A DNA stretch of 64,000 bases from Mobula hypostoma. Lineage: Eukaryota. This document shows, piece after piece, positions 1 to 11,574 of the stretch (position 1 is its first letter; every line of letters begins with the position of its first letter). The translations under genes and the position numbers were made by a program. A model generated the notes under the pieces. It saw only the letters and a program-made list of their open reading frames with translations. It made no database searches and had not been told where the DNA came from. Where the stretch lies: positions 174,468,001-174,532,000 of the forward strand of contig NC_086099.1 in the NCBI RefSeq assembly GCF_963921235.1, given 5' to 3'.

Positions 1-1837
1 AAACTCCATGAGCCATTTGGTCTAGGATCAGAAATGAATGATTTCAGATGACATAACATGTTCTTGTGCATTCTATAATACAGAATATTTAATTTCTTTG
101 AAATATAATATATACTGAAACTTTAAAAAGTTTGTTTCACTTTTTGGAACTGCTATTAGAAAGACTCTTGCTTTCTAATTTCAATTCCAGTAGGCAAAAG
201 AAAAAGGTTATTTTGGAAAAAAAAATATAATATACAAATAAGTGTGCAAGAGGCTATAATAATATAATCTAAATCAAATGCCTTACCTATTTTAGTATTC
301 CTTATCCTGGCTCACTGTAAATAAAGGCAGCTAAAAAACAAACAGTTTTTAGCTTGAGTGTGAAAACAGTCCTCTGAAGTTTATTTGCCAAACTGACTCA
401 ATATTTAAAGAAAATGATCTGGCCTCAAGTTAGTGCTGCTTTTGCTCCACCTCTTTACCTCTGCCAGAACTGGAATTCTCGCACACATATGACTATATGC
501 TATTTCTGCTCTCTGTGTACAGCCCCTGGGAAAAGTCTCATTTATCAGGACAAAAGTTTCTACATAGTTTCTCTGCTATTAATTTTAAGTACGAGTCTAA
601 TTTGTTTCTCTGTGAATTGCAAATTGTTCTATGGCTTAGTTATTTCAGTCCAATAACTGCAAGAAGAATGAGGTTTGCTTAGTGCTTAAATTTCTGCCAA
701 CATTTTTCAAGCTGAATTTGAATAAAAGCTTAAAATGAGTACAGACTGTCACTATACCAGTTTTCTTGAATGAGTATTTGCAATTTAAAGCCAAATCCTA
801 ACTGAATCGGGCTTTAAATTGCAAACTCATGAAACTTCCTGATATCACTCATCCAGTCTAAAAGATTAGTTCACCATTCTTAGCTCCATTTGGAGATGCA
901 CTAACAGGGATATTTCCCTCATATCCAATTTATTTAACCATCAAAAAGTAAACAAGTTGAGCTAGTATTTGAATATATTTTGTTCTCATCACCGTTGCTT
1001 GCTCTGATGCCTGACTTCCAGATTCTCTACTGATATTTCTGAAGTTCCTATTATTTTTGATTTTGCCATGTCCTTATTTTCTTTCCTGTGTTTCTGTCAC
1101 TTCCCCGTATATTATTTCATCCACAGAGAGGACAGCATTAGGTCCAGAGAACAAGCTAACTGCATGGTTTAAAGGAGCATTCCCAGACTACAAAGAAACC
1201 AATAAACACCATAAAAATAAATTAACTTGTAGTTAATTTACTGCTATGGGATTATTATTGCTTGCAATATAACTATTTTATCTTGTTATTATGAAGTCAT
1301 ATGTGGTCTTTCTTTTCTTTTTTTTATCTGAGCCCTTCTATGTTGCTTGTTGTTCTTCATAAATCATTTCTTGAGAGCGGGACATTACAGTGTTCAAAAG
1401 ATGCGTCTGATTTTATAGTGCAGTATTGTTCATTTGTTTTTTTTTAATTGGCCTGGATTAAGCAAGATTTCCTGAGGCAATGCCTGCTGGTTACCTCAAA
1501 ATTTTGTAACTAATGAATTGTGGGTTCATGACCAAAACCGTAAACCAATTACAAATACTTCCTGATAGATGATACAATATGGTCTTTTCTATGTGGAAAT
1601 ACTGTGCAATATTCAGTAATGCTTTCAATTCCAGTTAATTCACAACTTTCAATGGCAAAGCAAACACTCTTTAAATAGTCCTTGAAGGTGAATTAGCATA
1701 TTAGGGAATATCATCAGAAAATGGTTGTATTGAAGTTAATTTTTGTTAAAGGTACCATTTTATAGTTAAAACTCAAAATCTGCTGACAACAATAATTAGG
1801 AAAAAGCAGCAAACTCCGATCAGAACTTAAAGAGCAG

Positions 1838-2335
1838 CACACACAAAACGTTGGAAGAACTCAGCAAGTCAGGCAACATCTATAGAGTGGAATAAACAGT
1901 CTATGTTTTGGGCTGAGACCCTTCATCAGGACTGGAAAGAAGGGGTCTGGTACCAGAATAAGAAGGTGGAGGTAGGGGAAGGGGAAAGAATACAGGCTGG
2001 CAGGTAATAGGTGAGACGAGGTGAGGGGGAAGGTGGTTGGGTGGAGGAGGGGGAAGGTGGTTGGGTGGAGGAGGGGGAAGGAAGTATGAAGGTGGTAGGT
2101 AATAGATGGAAGGGGAAAACAGCTAAAAGAAGGAATCTGATAGGAGAGGACAGTGGACTATGGAAGAAAGGAGAGGAGAAGGCGAGTCAGAGCAAGGTGA
2201 TGGGAAGGTGAGGAAAAGAGAAGGGGGGAAGGGTAATTAATCCTGATGAAAAGTCGTGGCCTGAAACTTCAACTCTTTATTCCTTTCCATAGATGCTGCC
2301 TGATCTGCTGAGTTTTTCCAGCATTTTGTATCTAT
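1838..2335 (-). mobile_element. Penelope-like element 3'/pLTR fragment followed by an inverted short copy of its end
   Basis: Hammerhead-type motif CCTGATGAAGGGTCTCAGCCC on the minus strand (~1905-1930) and CCTGATGAAAAGTCGTGGCCTGAAAC on the plus strand (~2242); purine-rich tract as in the element at 16030-16440. Confidence 0.7.
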
Positions 2336-2591
2336 TACAAAGGGTAAACAGAATGAGGAATGAAAATGAAAGAAGGTGGGGGATGGGGTGAAATACAAAG
2401 GTATAAAGGGAGCACAATCTAGAAGTCAGACCATTTCTTATGTATAAATTGTGCATAAATACAATTTTACACACTTTCAATGCATCAGGTACCATGTTTG
2501 ATGTAACTCCCACATACTTCCAGGTGTAATTCACCTAATCACATTTTGCATATCTAATGTCATCAATGTGAGCAGCTCTCATTTCTGCAAT

Positions 2592-3145
2592 AGAACATAA
2601 ATCATTCCAGCACAGTACAGGATCTTCAGCTAACAATATCGTGCTGACCTCTTAGCTTTCTCCAAGATCAATCTAACCCTTCCCTCCCACTAATGTCCTC
2701 CATTTTTCTTTCATCCATGTGTCTATGTGTTTCTTAAGTGTCCCTAATGTATCAACCAGCACCCCGGCAGTGCATTCCAAATAGCCACCTGTGTGTGTGT
2801 AAAAAATCCTACCTCAGACCACCCCCTTATTATTTCCTCCAATAACCCTGCCTTCTTGTATTAGCAATTCCCATCCTGGGAAAGAAGTTGTTGGCTGCTC
2901 TCTCTGCCTATGCCTCTTATCATATTATACACCTCTGCCAAGTCACTTCTCATCCTCTTTTGCTCCAAAGAGAAAAACTCAAGGTCACCCAACCTATCCT
3001 CATAAGATATGCTCTTTAATTCAGGCAGCATCCAGTTAAATTTCCTCTGCACCGTCTTGACAGCTTCCACATCGTTCCTACAATGAGACGACCAAAACTG
3101 AACACGATGCTCCAAGCGTTGTCTAATTAGAGTTATATAAAGCTA
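2592..3145 (-). mobile_element. CR1 LINE 3' fragment
   Basis: ORF2 C-terminus EHRVQFWS..DVEAVKTVQRKF..LPEL..YEDRL; CR1 3' tail. Confidence 0.85.
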
Positions 3146-4979
3146 ACATTAGAGCAATAACTATAACGTTAACTAAAACAAGGAGAAAACAGCACAGCAT
3201 GTTGGCACATAGACATGAGTTAACAGATCTCCACTATATCACTGTCTATATCTTCCTGCCTGACTTTTTAATATTCCAGGTGGATCTCACTGTACTACCT
3301 TGCCACTATGCACAGCAGATACATACATGCTGTGAACCTCTGGACTTTGATGAGCCAGTGCTTCATCCTGGCTTGGACAACTCACATAGTTCTCAACCTG
3401 CACTGATGTTTTTGGCAGGAGTTGGTTCAAGCCACTCACATAGATCTCATGTGTTCCACTCCCTGCTTCAATGCCCCTCTCTCTCAGTGCTTCTCCCCAT
3501 GTCAATAGTACCCTGCTTTAATTGCCATGGAAGTTGCCCTGTCCAGGCCTTGACTACCTCCCACACTACTTATCTGCAATGACATAGCATCTGCAATCTC
3601 TGCAGGCAGCTATTGTTGAGAATCATGCATCTTCTGTTTTAGTGGAGAAAGAATCTTCAGCTATTCTGTCTGTGTTGACCATGATGCCAATCTAACTAAT
3701 CCCATTTGTCTGCACGTGGTCTGTATCCCTCCACACCTTGAAATCATTCTAATAATTATTTTTAAAGTCAGTTTTCAAAAGATCACTCTTTGTTTATGGA
3801 AGATCAACTGATGGGTGTTTTGGGAAGGTGTCCACTAAATAAAGGTAGACTCCAATTTCTAGACAAAGACATCCAGTGACATTCCTGATGCAGGGGTATG
3901 AAGATAAGATGGTCAAGAAAGCAGAGAGGAGTGTTAAATTGTTGTCCAAAGCATAGAATTTAACAATGGGAATTATCTAACGTTAGATAAGCCACTAGTC
4001 AGCCTAAATCTGGAGTTCTGACACCACTGGTAGAATGTGATCACACCAGAGGGAAAACAAGAGACTCACCAGGATGTCGTTAAAGCCAAAGAATTTTGCT
4101 GATAAGGTATAATAAAGTAGTTTTCTTTAAAACAGAAAATACTGAGGGGACATTTAATTGAGGTACAATATATAAAATTATAGGAAACCGAGTATCACAG
4201 TGTGCACTTGCAATGACTGAATCCGGGTCTGGAGGAACAACAGGCTCCCAGGTCGAAAAAAAAAACAAAAGTTTGTACATAGGACTTCCAACAGAACATT
4301 AGCGGTTTGACTGAGCGACACCATGGGACAAATCATTCCCTAAACAAGAGCCCTGCAATAAGCACTAATTGGGAATCCGCTTTAAGTAATCACAGAACAC
4401 GAGAACCCCTTGTCAGTCAAAATAAACTTGACAAGATGAAACAGGAAGCACAAGGACTTACCAACTCTAATTAAGACAACCATTAACAAGTGCTCCTGAA
4501 ACCTTAGAGCCTAACGCTACATGGTTAGGCGCACAGGCCCAAAGTGCTAATGACACCTAGATCGACTAGAAAAAGCATATTTCCTTTGGCAAACAGGTCA
4601 GTAATAAGAATGCATAAACTTGAAGTAATAGGTTAAATAGGCAATAGCTGAATATTGGCGAGACTCTTGAATGAGGAGCTAGGAAAGAGTGCAGGAGGTG
4701 AAAATCTTCATTTAAAATATGGGTGGATAAATAAAAGGGATCATTTTAACACCAGTAGGTTTGATCATTTGGCAAATAGGGAAAGTAGAGTACTGAAACA
4801 GGAACCGATATCTCCTTTCATTCATATTGTGGTATTTGGACAATGCTGGCAGCCTTGGGAAAGGTTGAGAAACTTGCTTTTGAGAGAGCAGAGGCAAGTT
4901 GTCTTCTTGAAACAATGCTGTCCTACCAGTGATGGTACTTCCACTGTAGTGTTAAGGAGGGTGTTTTAGGATTTAGACA

Positions 4980-5365
4980 CAACTACTATGAAGACCTGAG
5001 AACTTGACATCCAGGGACAATTTGAGAGGGAGACTTGGGGAACTCAAGAGGGACCTCAATTGAGAGGCCTGGGAAACCTCGAGAGGGATCTGGGGGTCTT
5101 CAAGCCAGGGAAAGCATTGAAAAAAAACTTGGAAACATGGAAAAAAAAACTTTGGAAACATTGTAACGACCTTAAAAACTTTGCAATGAGCTTGGCAACC
5201 TTGAAAAGACCTTGGAAACCTTGATGACCTGGAGAACTTTGAATGCTTAGGCCAGTGCACTTATACCCAGATGCTCAGACCTGGAAAAAGCCTTGAGACC
5301 TAAGAAACTTGAGACCTTGAAAACATGAAACTTGAAACTTAGGGAAGGGACCTGGAAGGACCTTC
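4980..5365 (+). repeat. Degenerate ~10-11 bp tandem array (ACCTTGGAAA/GACCTTGAAA-like), probably leader region of the adjacent ERV
   Basis: Recurring accttgaaaa/acttggaaa/acctgggaaa units. Confidence 0.5.
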
Positions 5366-5759
5366 CTCACAGTGTTTACTCTTCACTATTTTTAGGATAC
5401 AGAAGGCTCTATTCTCAATTTTATGGATTGAGACAGCATTGGGAAGCTCCTCTTTTCACTGACATAACTGACTTTCTGTAGATCTGTTTTATTTGTTCAT
5501 GAAAATCCAATTTTCACAATCTGTACCATGGGGTGGTTAAATATCAGGTAGTTTACTCATGATAGAGTTACTTTACCTGTGTGTTTGCACACTCCAGCCA
5601 TGGATCAGCTTTTGGAGCAAGGCTTTTCCAAAATTTACACTATCTTCTTGAATGCTGATTTGTTGAATCAAATGAACTTTATTGATAAGCTTACTTGAAG
5701 TGCTCAATTGTTAGGTAGACCTGAGTCACAGGATCTCAAAGCTGGAAACCCGTGTACTT

Positions 5760-6951
5760 GTGACTTGAAATGCTCAGGACAGAGACCGGAGAAACTCTAT
5801 TCACTGCCTTTAATAATAAAGTGGACCTGTTAATCCAGATATGTCACGTCAACACCCCTGAATACTGTGTAGTGGGACAGTGGGCACATAACATGGCTGG
5901 TCATTTGGGAGTACACAGCACAATCGAATGGGCTAAACAATGAGGTACATGACTATCCGTAGACATGATGAAAGAAGTTATTTTCTGCATGTGATGTGTG
6001 TCAGCAGGTAAAACAAAGAGCACTCCCTGAGAAGCTAACAGCCTACCTTAAAAGGGGGGCTAGTTTGGCCCAGATATGTCAGATTGATTACATCGAACCC
6101 CTACCGCAGCAACAGTAATTTAAATATTTACATACCATGATCGACATCTGTTCAGGTCTGTTAATGGCAATTCCTTGCACAAAAGCTGACCAGGTTCACA
6201 CCTTGAAGGGATTGCAGAAGTTAGTTGGTTGTTATGGGGACCCCTCAGAAATATAGTCAGATAATGGGTCGCAGCTCAGGGTAGGCCATGAAAGTCTGGG
6301 CTATCAGTAGAGGAGTTCATTGGGTATACCAATACCCTATCACCCTCAAGCATCAGGGCTAATCAAACGGACTTCTTTCGATTGTAAGAAAGTGGTTGGC
6401 TTTTCTATCCCAAGCCTTGTACAATCCAATCAGCAGGCCTTTATCCCAAGGATCACTGATGACCAGCATGATCAAGTGTACCCCGGAAGTGGAGAAGGGA
6501 ATGGGCACTGAAGAGCGAGCTCCCACAGTGGGAAGGAAAGTATGGGTGCAGATTCCAAATTCTCCAGTTTGCAAGGGGGAGATTGCAGCAAACAGAAACA
6601 GGAAAACTTATTGGGTAAGATTACAAGGGACAGACCATCTGCTGTGTTTGAACAGGCAGAAATTGGCCAGACAAGAATGATTTAAATGTTTGTAAGACTG
6701 ATAATAACAGATACATTGTTTTCTCCCAGGTGAAATAACAGCCCTGGAATTAATCTTACGGATGGCGTGGACTTTCCCTGAGTAGAGGTCACTGTCTGAA
6801 CTGCAAAAAGAACACACAAATATAGGCTGTTGAAAAAGAAGACATTCTCCAGTGCAAAGGCGCCTCCAACACATCCGTGAAATTTAATCATGATTAATTG
6901 CATTCAGGTTTGCATTATTCAAATTAAAGTTTGGGACTGGGGAGTAGTGGA
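5760..6951 (+). mobile_element. Degenerate endogenous retrovirus pol end (integrase), class III ERV-L/ERV-S-like, with PPT
   Basis: AHNMAGHLG...CDVCQQ (HHCC), QIDYIEPLP, DICSGL, I*SDNGS, PYHPQASGLI, C-terminal GRKVWV..GEIAA..TYWV. Purine tract GGGGAGTAGTGGA is followed by TG at 6952. Stops and frameshifts present. Confidence 0.75.
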
Positions 6952-7029
6952 TGTGAACTAATATTAGTTGTGCTTAAAATGCAGTTCATTTTAGCTTATT
7001 GCTTACCGTACATAGAATCTGTATTTTAA

Positions 7030-8070
7030 TCCCATTCGATTCTCTGGAAACTGTTGTGCGTGAAAATCCCAGGAGATCAGCAGTTTCTGAGATACTCAAA
7101 TCATCACATCTCACACCAACAACCACTCCACGGTGAAAGTCACTTGCATCACATTTCTTCCCCATTCTGATATTTGGTCTGAACTAAAAGTGAATCTCTT
7201 CTTTTCTTCTGATGTTTTATGGCATAGAATTTAATACAAATATAATGCTGGCGGTAATGCACCTAAAAGCAGCTTTTAGGTGTATTACCGCCACCATTAT
7301 ATTTGCATTAAGTTCTATGAAAAAGACCTATATTCTTAAGGAACTGCACAATATACTTAAAATAATAATCCTGTGATAGTTTTCAAAATACCGTTAATGT
7401 TAAATTGTATTTTATTCTGTGATAACTTTAAAATCAACATCCCCTTCTTGATTATATCTTGAATACCTTACCAATACACGCTCAACCATTTCTTGTTGAT
7501 TACAATACTCACACCTCCTATTATTGTGATACTTCATTAAAAACAATGTACAATTTAACCCTGTGTGCCCAAATCTCAATCTTGATATTATCACCTCCTC
7601 CCTCCTGCTCTTTCCAGCATTCCTTGACCATCCCATCTCTTTTGGGATATTGTAAAGTTGTCTTCCTGTTCTTCATCCCATGTGTTTTCTCCACATGTAT
7701 TAAATTTTACTTTTAACAATAGTTTTAATTTCCTCTACTGTAATTATTTCAATATCCACTTCTGCTTGTCTCGTTGCCTCATTTTCTCATTTTATCTGCT
7801 TGCTCATTCCCACTAATACCACCATGTGCTGGAATCCACATAGAACAGACAGAGTCACACTATTTTAAGTCTAAATAATTTTAGTATTATCTCGCACATA
7901 ATGTCTGCTCATACTCCTGGATGCAGATCTTTTAACCTCCTGGTTGTTGTGCTTGAATCAGACAATATTACAACTCTCAGCTGAACCTCTTGACTATGCC
8001 TGCTTTGACTGGCTGATTAGATATTTGCATTAACGAGCAAATGTACAGGTGTACCTAATAAAGTGGCCAT
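7030..8070 (-). mobile_element. Tc1/mariner-derived non-autonomous element, split by a LINE insertion
   Basis: Segments gaaaatcccaggagatcagcagtttctgagatactcaa and terminal gtacctaataaagtggcca match the copy at 41081-41596. Confidence 0.65.
7201..7980 (-). mobile_element. I/Nimb-clade LINE 3' fragment (RNase H end plus C-terminal zinc-knuckle region)
   Basis: WIPAHGGISGNEQADK (RNase H motif), RREEVIISRLRFGHTGLN..CEYC. GAA-type tail; flanked by a near-duplication TGAATCTCTT/TGAACCTCTT. Confidence 0.8.
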
Positions 8071-8219
8071 TTTAACCACACTTGGCTGTGTTCCCAGGGT
8101 TCTGGAGACAAGGTAAGGTAAGAGTTTGGACTGTGCCCAATCAGTCAATGGGAGCATGAGAAGAAGCGGTGACTTCTTCTTCTTCTTCTTCTGTTGTCTG
8201 TTAGGGCACAGTTAGTGCA

Positions 8220-8798
8220 GTGAAAATGGCTTCAGGGGCTGTATTGTGTTCTCTGTGTGAGATGTGGGGATTCTGGGAGACCTCCAGCCTCCTGGATAAC
8301 CACATCTGTACCCAGTGCACCAAGCTGCAGCTCCTCAGAGAACATGTTAAGTAACTGGAGATGCAGCCCAATGATCTATGGGAGATGAGGAAGTGATAGA
8401 TAGGAGCTACAGGGAGGTAGTCACTCCAAGGTTACAGGAGGCAGGTAACTGGGTGACTGTCAGGATATGAAAGGGCAGCCAGTACTGAATACACCTGTGA
8501 CTGGTTCCTCTCAGTAATAAATATAGCACTGAGGGGGACGACCTCCTGGGGGGAGCCGCAGCGACTGGGTCTCTGGCACGGAGTCTGATGCTGCGTGCGG
8601 CTCAGAAGAGAAGGGGGGTGAAGAGGACTGCAGGAGTGATGAGAGACTCCATTGTTAGAGGAAAAGAGATGAGATTCTTTGGACACAAGAGAGAAGCCTG
8701 CATAGGATATTGCCTACTAGGTGCCAGGGTCAAGGATGTCTTGGATCAGGTCTATGCTGGCATTCTAAAGGAGAAGGGTGAGCTGCCAGAAGTCTTGG
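8220..8798 (+). mobile_element. CR1 LINE ORF1 fragment (zinc finger plus SGNH esterase)
   Basis: CSLCEMW..HICTQCTKLQLL and RDSIVRG..CLLGARVKDV motifs, with frameshifts. Confidence 0.75.
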
Positions 8799-8799
8799 C

Positions 8800-10450
8800 A
8801 CATAGAACACAGAGCACTGAAAACCTACAGCATGATACAGGCCCTTCGGCCCACAATGCTGTGCCAAACATGTACTTTTTTAAGATTATGAGGACACTCA
8901 GTCCTCGTTTATTGTCATTTAGAAATGCATGCATGCAATAAGAAATGATACAATGTTCCTCCAGAGTGATATCACTAAAAAAACAAGACAAACTAAAGAC
9001 TAACACTGACAAGACCACATAATTATAATATATAGTTACAGCAGTGCAAAGCAATACCATAATTTGATAAAGAGCAGATCATGGGAACGATAAAAAAAAG
9101 TCTCAAAGTTCCGATCGACTCCCGATAGTCCCTGATAGCAGGCAGCAGAAGGGAGAAACTCTCTCTGCCATAAACCTCCAGGCACCGACAACTGTCGATG
9201 CGTTGGAAGCATCCGACCACAGCCGACTCTGAGTCCGTCCGAAAACTTCAAACCTCTGACCAGTCCTTCAGCACTGAGCACCATCTCTACCGAGTGCTTC
9301 GACCCCATCCCGGCCGCCGAGCAACAAGCAAAGCCGAGGATTTGGGGCCTTCCCCTCCGGAGATTCTGGATCACACAGTAACAGCAGCAGCGAAAAAGGC
9401 ATTTCAGAAGTTTCTCCAGATGTTCCTCCATTCTCTCATGTCTGTCTCCATCAAATCAGGATTGTGCACGGCACCCTACTTGACAGATTACAGATATCAT
9501 TCACCGGAGTGGCCGCGCAAGCTGCGTCGTGCCGCCATCTTCTCCTCCTCTACTTACTTTAGAAATTACCTAGGGAAACCCATAGGCCTCTATTTTTCTA
9601 AGCTCCATATACCTGTCCAGGAGCCTCTTAAAAGACCCTATTTTATCCGCCTCCACCACAGTCACTGGCAGCCCATTCCACACACTCACCACTCTCTGAG
9701 TAAAAAACTTAGCCCTCACATCTCCTCTGTACTACTCCCCAGCACCTTAAACCTGTGTCCTCTTGTGGCAACCATTTCAGCCCTGGGAAAAAGCCTCTGA
9801 CTATCCACATGATCAATGCCTCTCATCATCTTATACACCTCTGTCAGGTCACCTCTCATCCTCTGTTGCTCCAAGGAGAAAAGGCCAAATTTAGTCAACC
9901 TGTTCTTATAAGGCATACTCTCCAATCCAGGCAACACCCTTGTAAACCTCCTCTGCACCCTGTCTATAGATTCCATAGCCTTCCTGTAGTGAGGTGATCA
10001 GAACTGAGCACAGTACTTCGTGGTCAGACCAGGGTCCTATATAGCTGCAACATTACCTTTCGGCTCTTGAACTCAATCCCATGGTTGATGAAGGCCAATG
10101 CACCATATGCCTTCTTAACCACAGATTCAACCTGCGCAGCAGCTTTGAGTGTCCTATGGACTTAGACCCCAAGATCCCTCTGATCCTCCACACTGCCAAG
10201 AGTCTTACCCATTAATACTATATTCTGCCATCATATTTGACCAATCACTTATCTGGGTTGAACTCCATCTGCCATTTCTCAGTCCAATTTTGCATCCTAT
10301 CAATGTTCCGCTGTAACTTCTGACAGCCCTCCACACTATCCACAACACCCCCAACCTTTTGTGTCATCAGCAAGTTTACTAACCCATTGCTTCAGTTCTT
10401 CATCCAGATCATTTATAAAAATCACGAAGAGAAGGGGTCCCAGAACAGGA
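8800..10450 (-). mobile_element. CR1 LINE 3' portion (RT end), interrupted at 8881-9549
   Basis: SVLGPLLFVIFINDLDE..SKLADDTK-like and ESIDRVQRRFTRVLPGL motifs. Confidence 0.88.
8881..9549 (-). mobile_element. ~670-bp non-autonomous retroelement nested in CR1 (copy 1)
   Basis: 5' end GGAGGAGAAGATGGCGGC, 3' end ..AAATGACAATAAACGAGGACTGAGTGTCCTCATAATCT; second copy at 32734-33354. Confidence 0.7.
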
Positions 10451-10790
10451 GCCTGAGGATGTTTCCAATGGTGGGGGAGATTAAAACCAGAGTACACAGC
10501 TTCAGAATACAGGTGTGTCCATTTATAATGCATATGAGGAGAAATTTCTTCAGCCCGAGAGTGGTGAATGTGTAGAATTCATTGCCACAAGTGGCTGTGT
10601 AGGCCAAGTCATTCGGTATATTTAAAGCAGAGGTTGATGGGTTCTTGAGTAGTCAGAGCATGAAGGGTTACAGAGAAAAGGCAGGAGATTGGGGCTGAGA
10701 GGGAAAGTGGATCAGCCATGATAAAAGGGCAGAGCAGACTTGTTGGGCCAAATGGCCTAATTCTGCTCCTATAACTTATGGTCTTGTGTC
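10450..10790 (+). mobile_element. CR1 LINE 3' end
   Basis: MRRNFFSPRVVNV.. and the 3'UTR gggccaaatggcctaattctgctcctat. Confidence 0.8.
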
Positions 10791-11574
10791 TAACAGTAAG
10801 AATGGCTGAATTGCAAGGTAAGGCACATTTAATGTACTCTGTGTCAGGAGAAACAGAAAATTCCTCCAGCTCAATGTACCGATATTTCCAGGTAAAAGCA
10901 TTGCAATTATCTCCTTTCATCATTAATGTAGTGGGATTATTTTCTGGGTAGATATTATTTTTTCATGTTATTTGTGTTGTTTATTTTATTATTTATAATA
11001 ATTTATTGTTTATTTAATATTTATATGTATTTTATTGTTTTATTTATATTATGTAGGTATATGATTTCTGTATTTTAACATTTTTGTTCTTTATTGTTTT
11101 AACTTTTTCAGATTTTTTTTAAAATTGATGCCCAAAGCAAGAAGATCCCTGTTAGGAACAATGTAAAGGGATCACAGATTGATAGATTGTTTGTCACTTT
11201 TGGCTGCTGGTCACCTGGAAGTTTGGTTTGAGTTTGCTATCTCTCTGGAAATTCCACTTGATCTGAACAGAGAATCACCAATGTTCGTCAGCTGATTTAC
11301 ATTTGCTTTAGCTGCAGAGTGATCTCTTTGGCTGCCTTCAGGTTGCCAAAGAGAACAGTAAAGAAACAGGAACAGATGCTAAGGCAACCAGCAGAATCCG
11401 GAGCAGATGTCTGAAAAGAGGGAGGGGGCATTATGTAGGAGGCAAACCCACAGCATAGTTTTAGAAAGGACTTCTCCTGCATATGCTCATCACATTTTCA
11501 CGAGGGAGGCGGTTACTGACCTATGCTAAACACACCAGTCTTATGTCATGGCATCCATAGCTCTCTCTGAGCCC

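Noticed and set aside
287-330. Minus-strand exon-like segment (TTTTTTAG..TAG|GTAAGG)
   Set aside because: Stops in all three frames and no partner exons; no resemblance to sorcin (SRI), the downstream neighbour in human. It could be a UTR exon but this is unsupported.
9198-9800. 200-aa plus-strand ORF
   Set aside because: Antisense reading across a non-coding retroelement/CR1 junction; no domain features.
10950-11100. Very AT-rich (TTA/TTTA) tract
   Set aside because: Low-complexity sequence without further structure.
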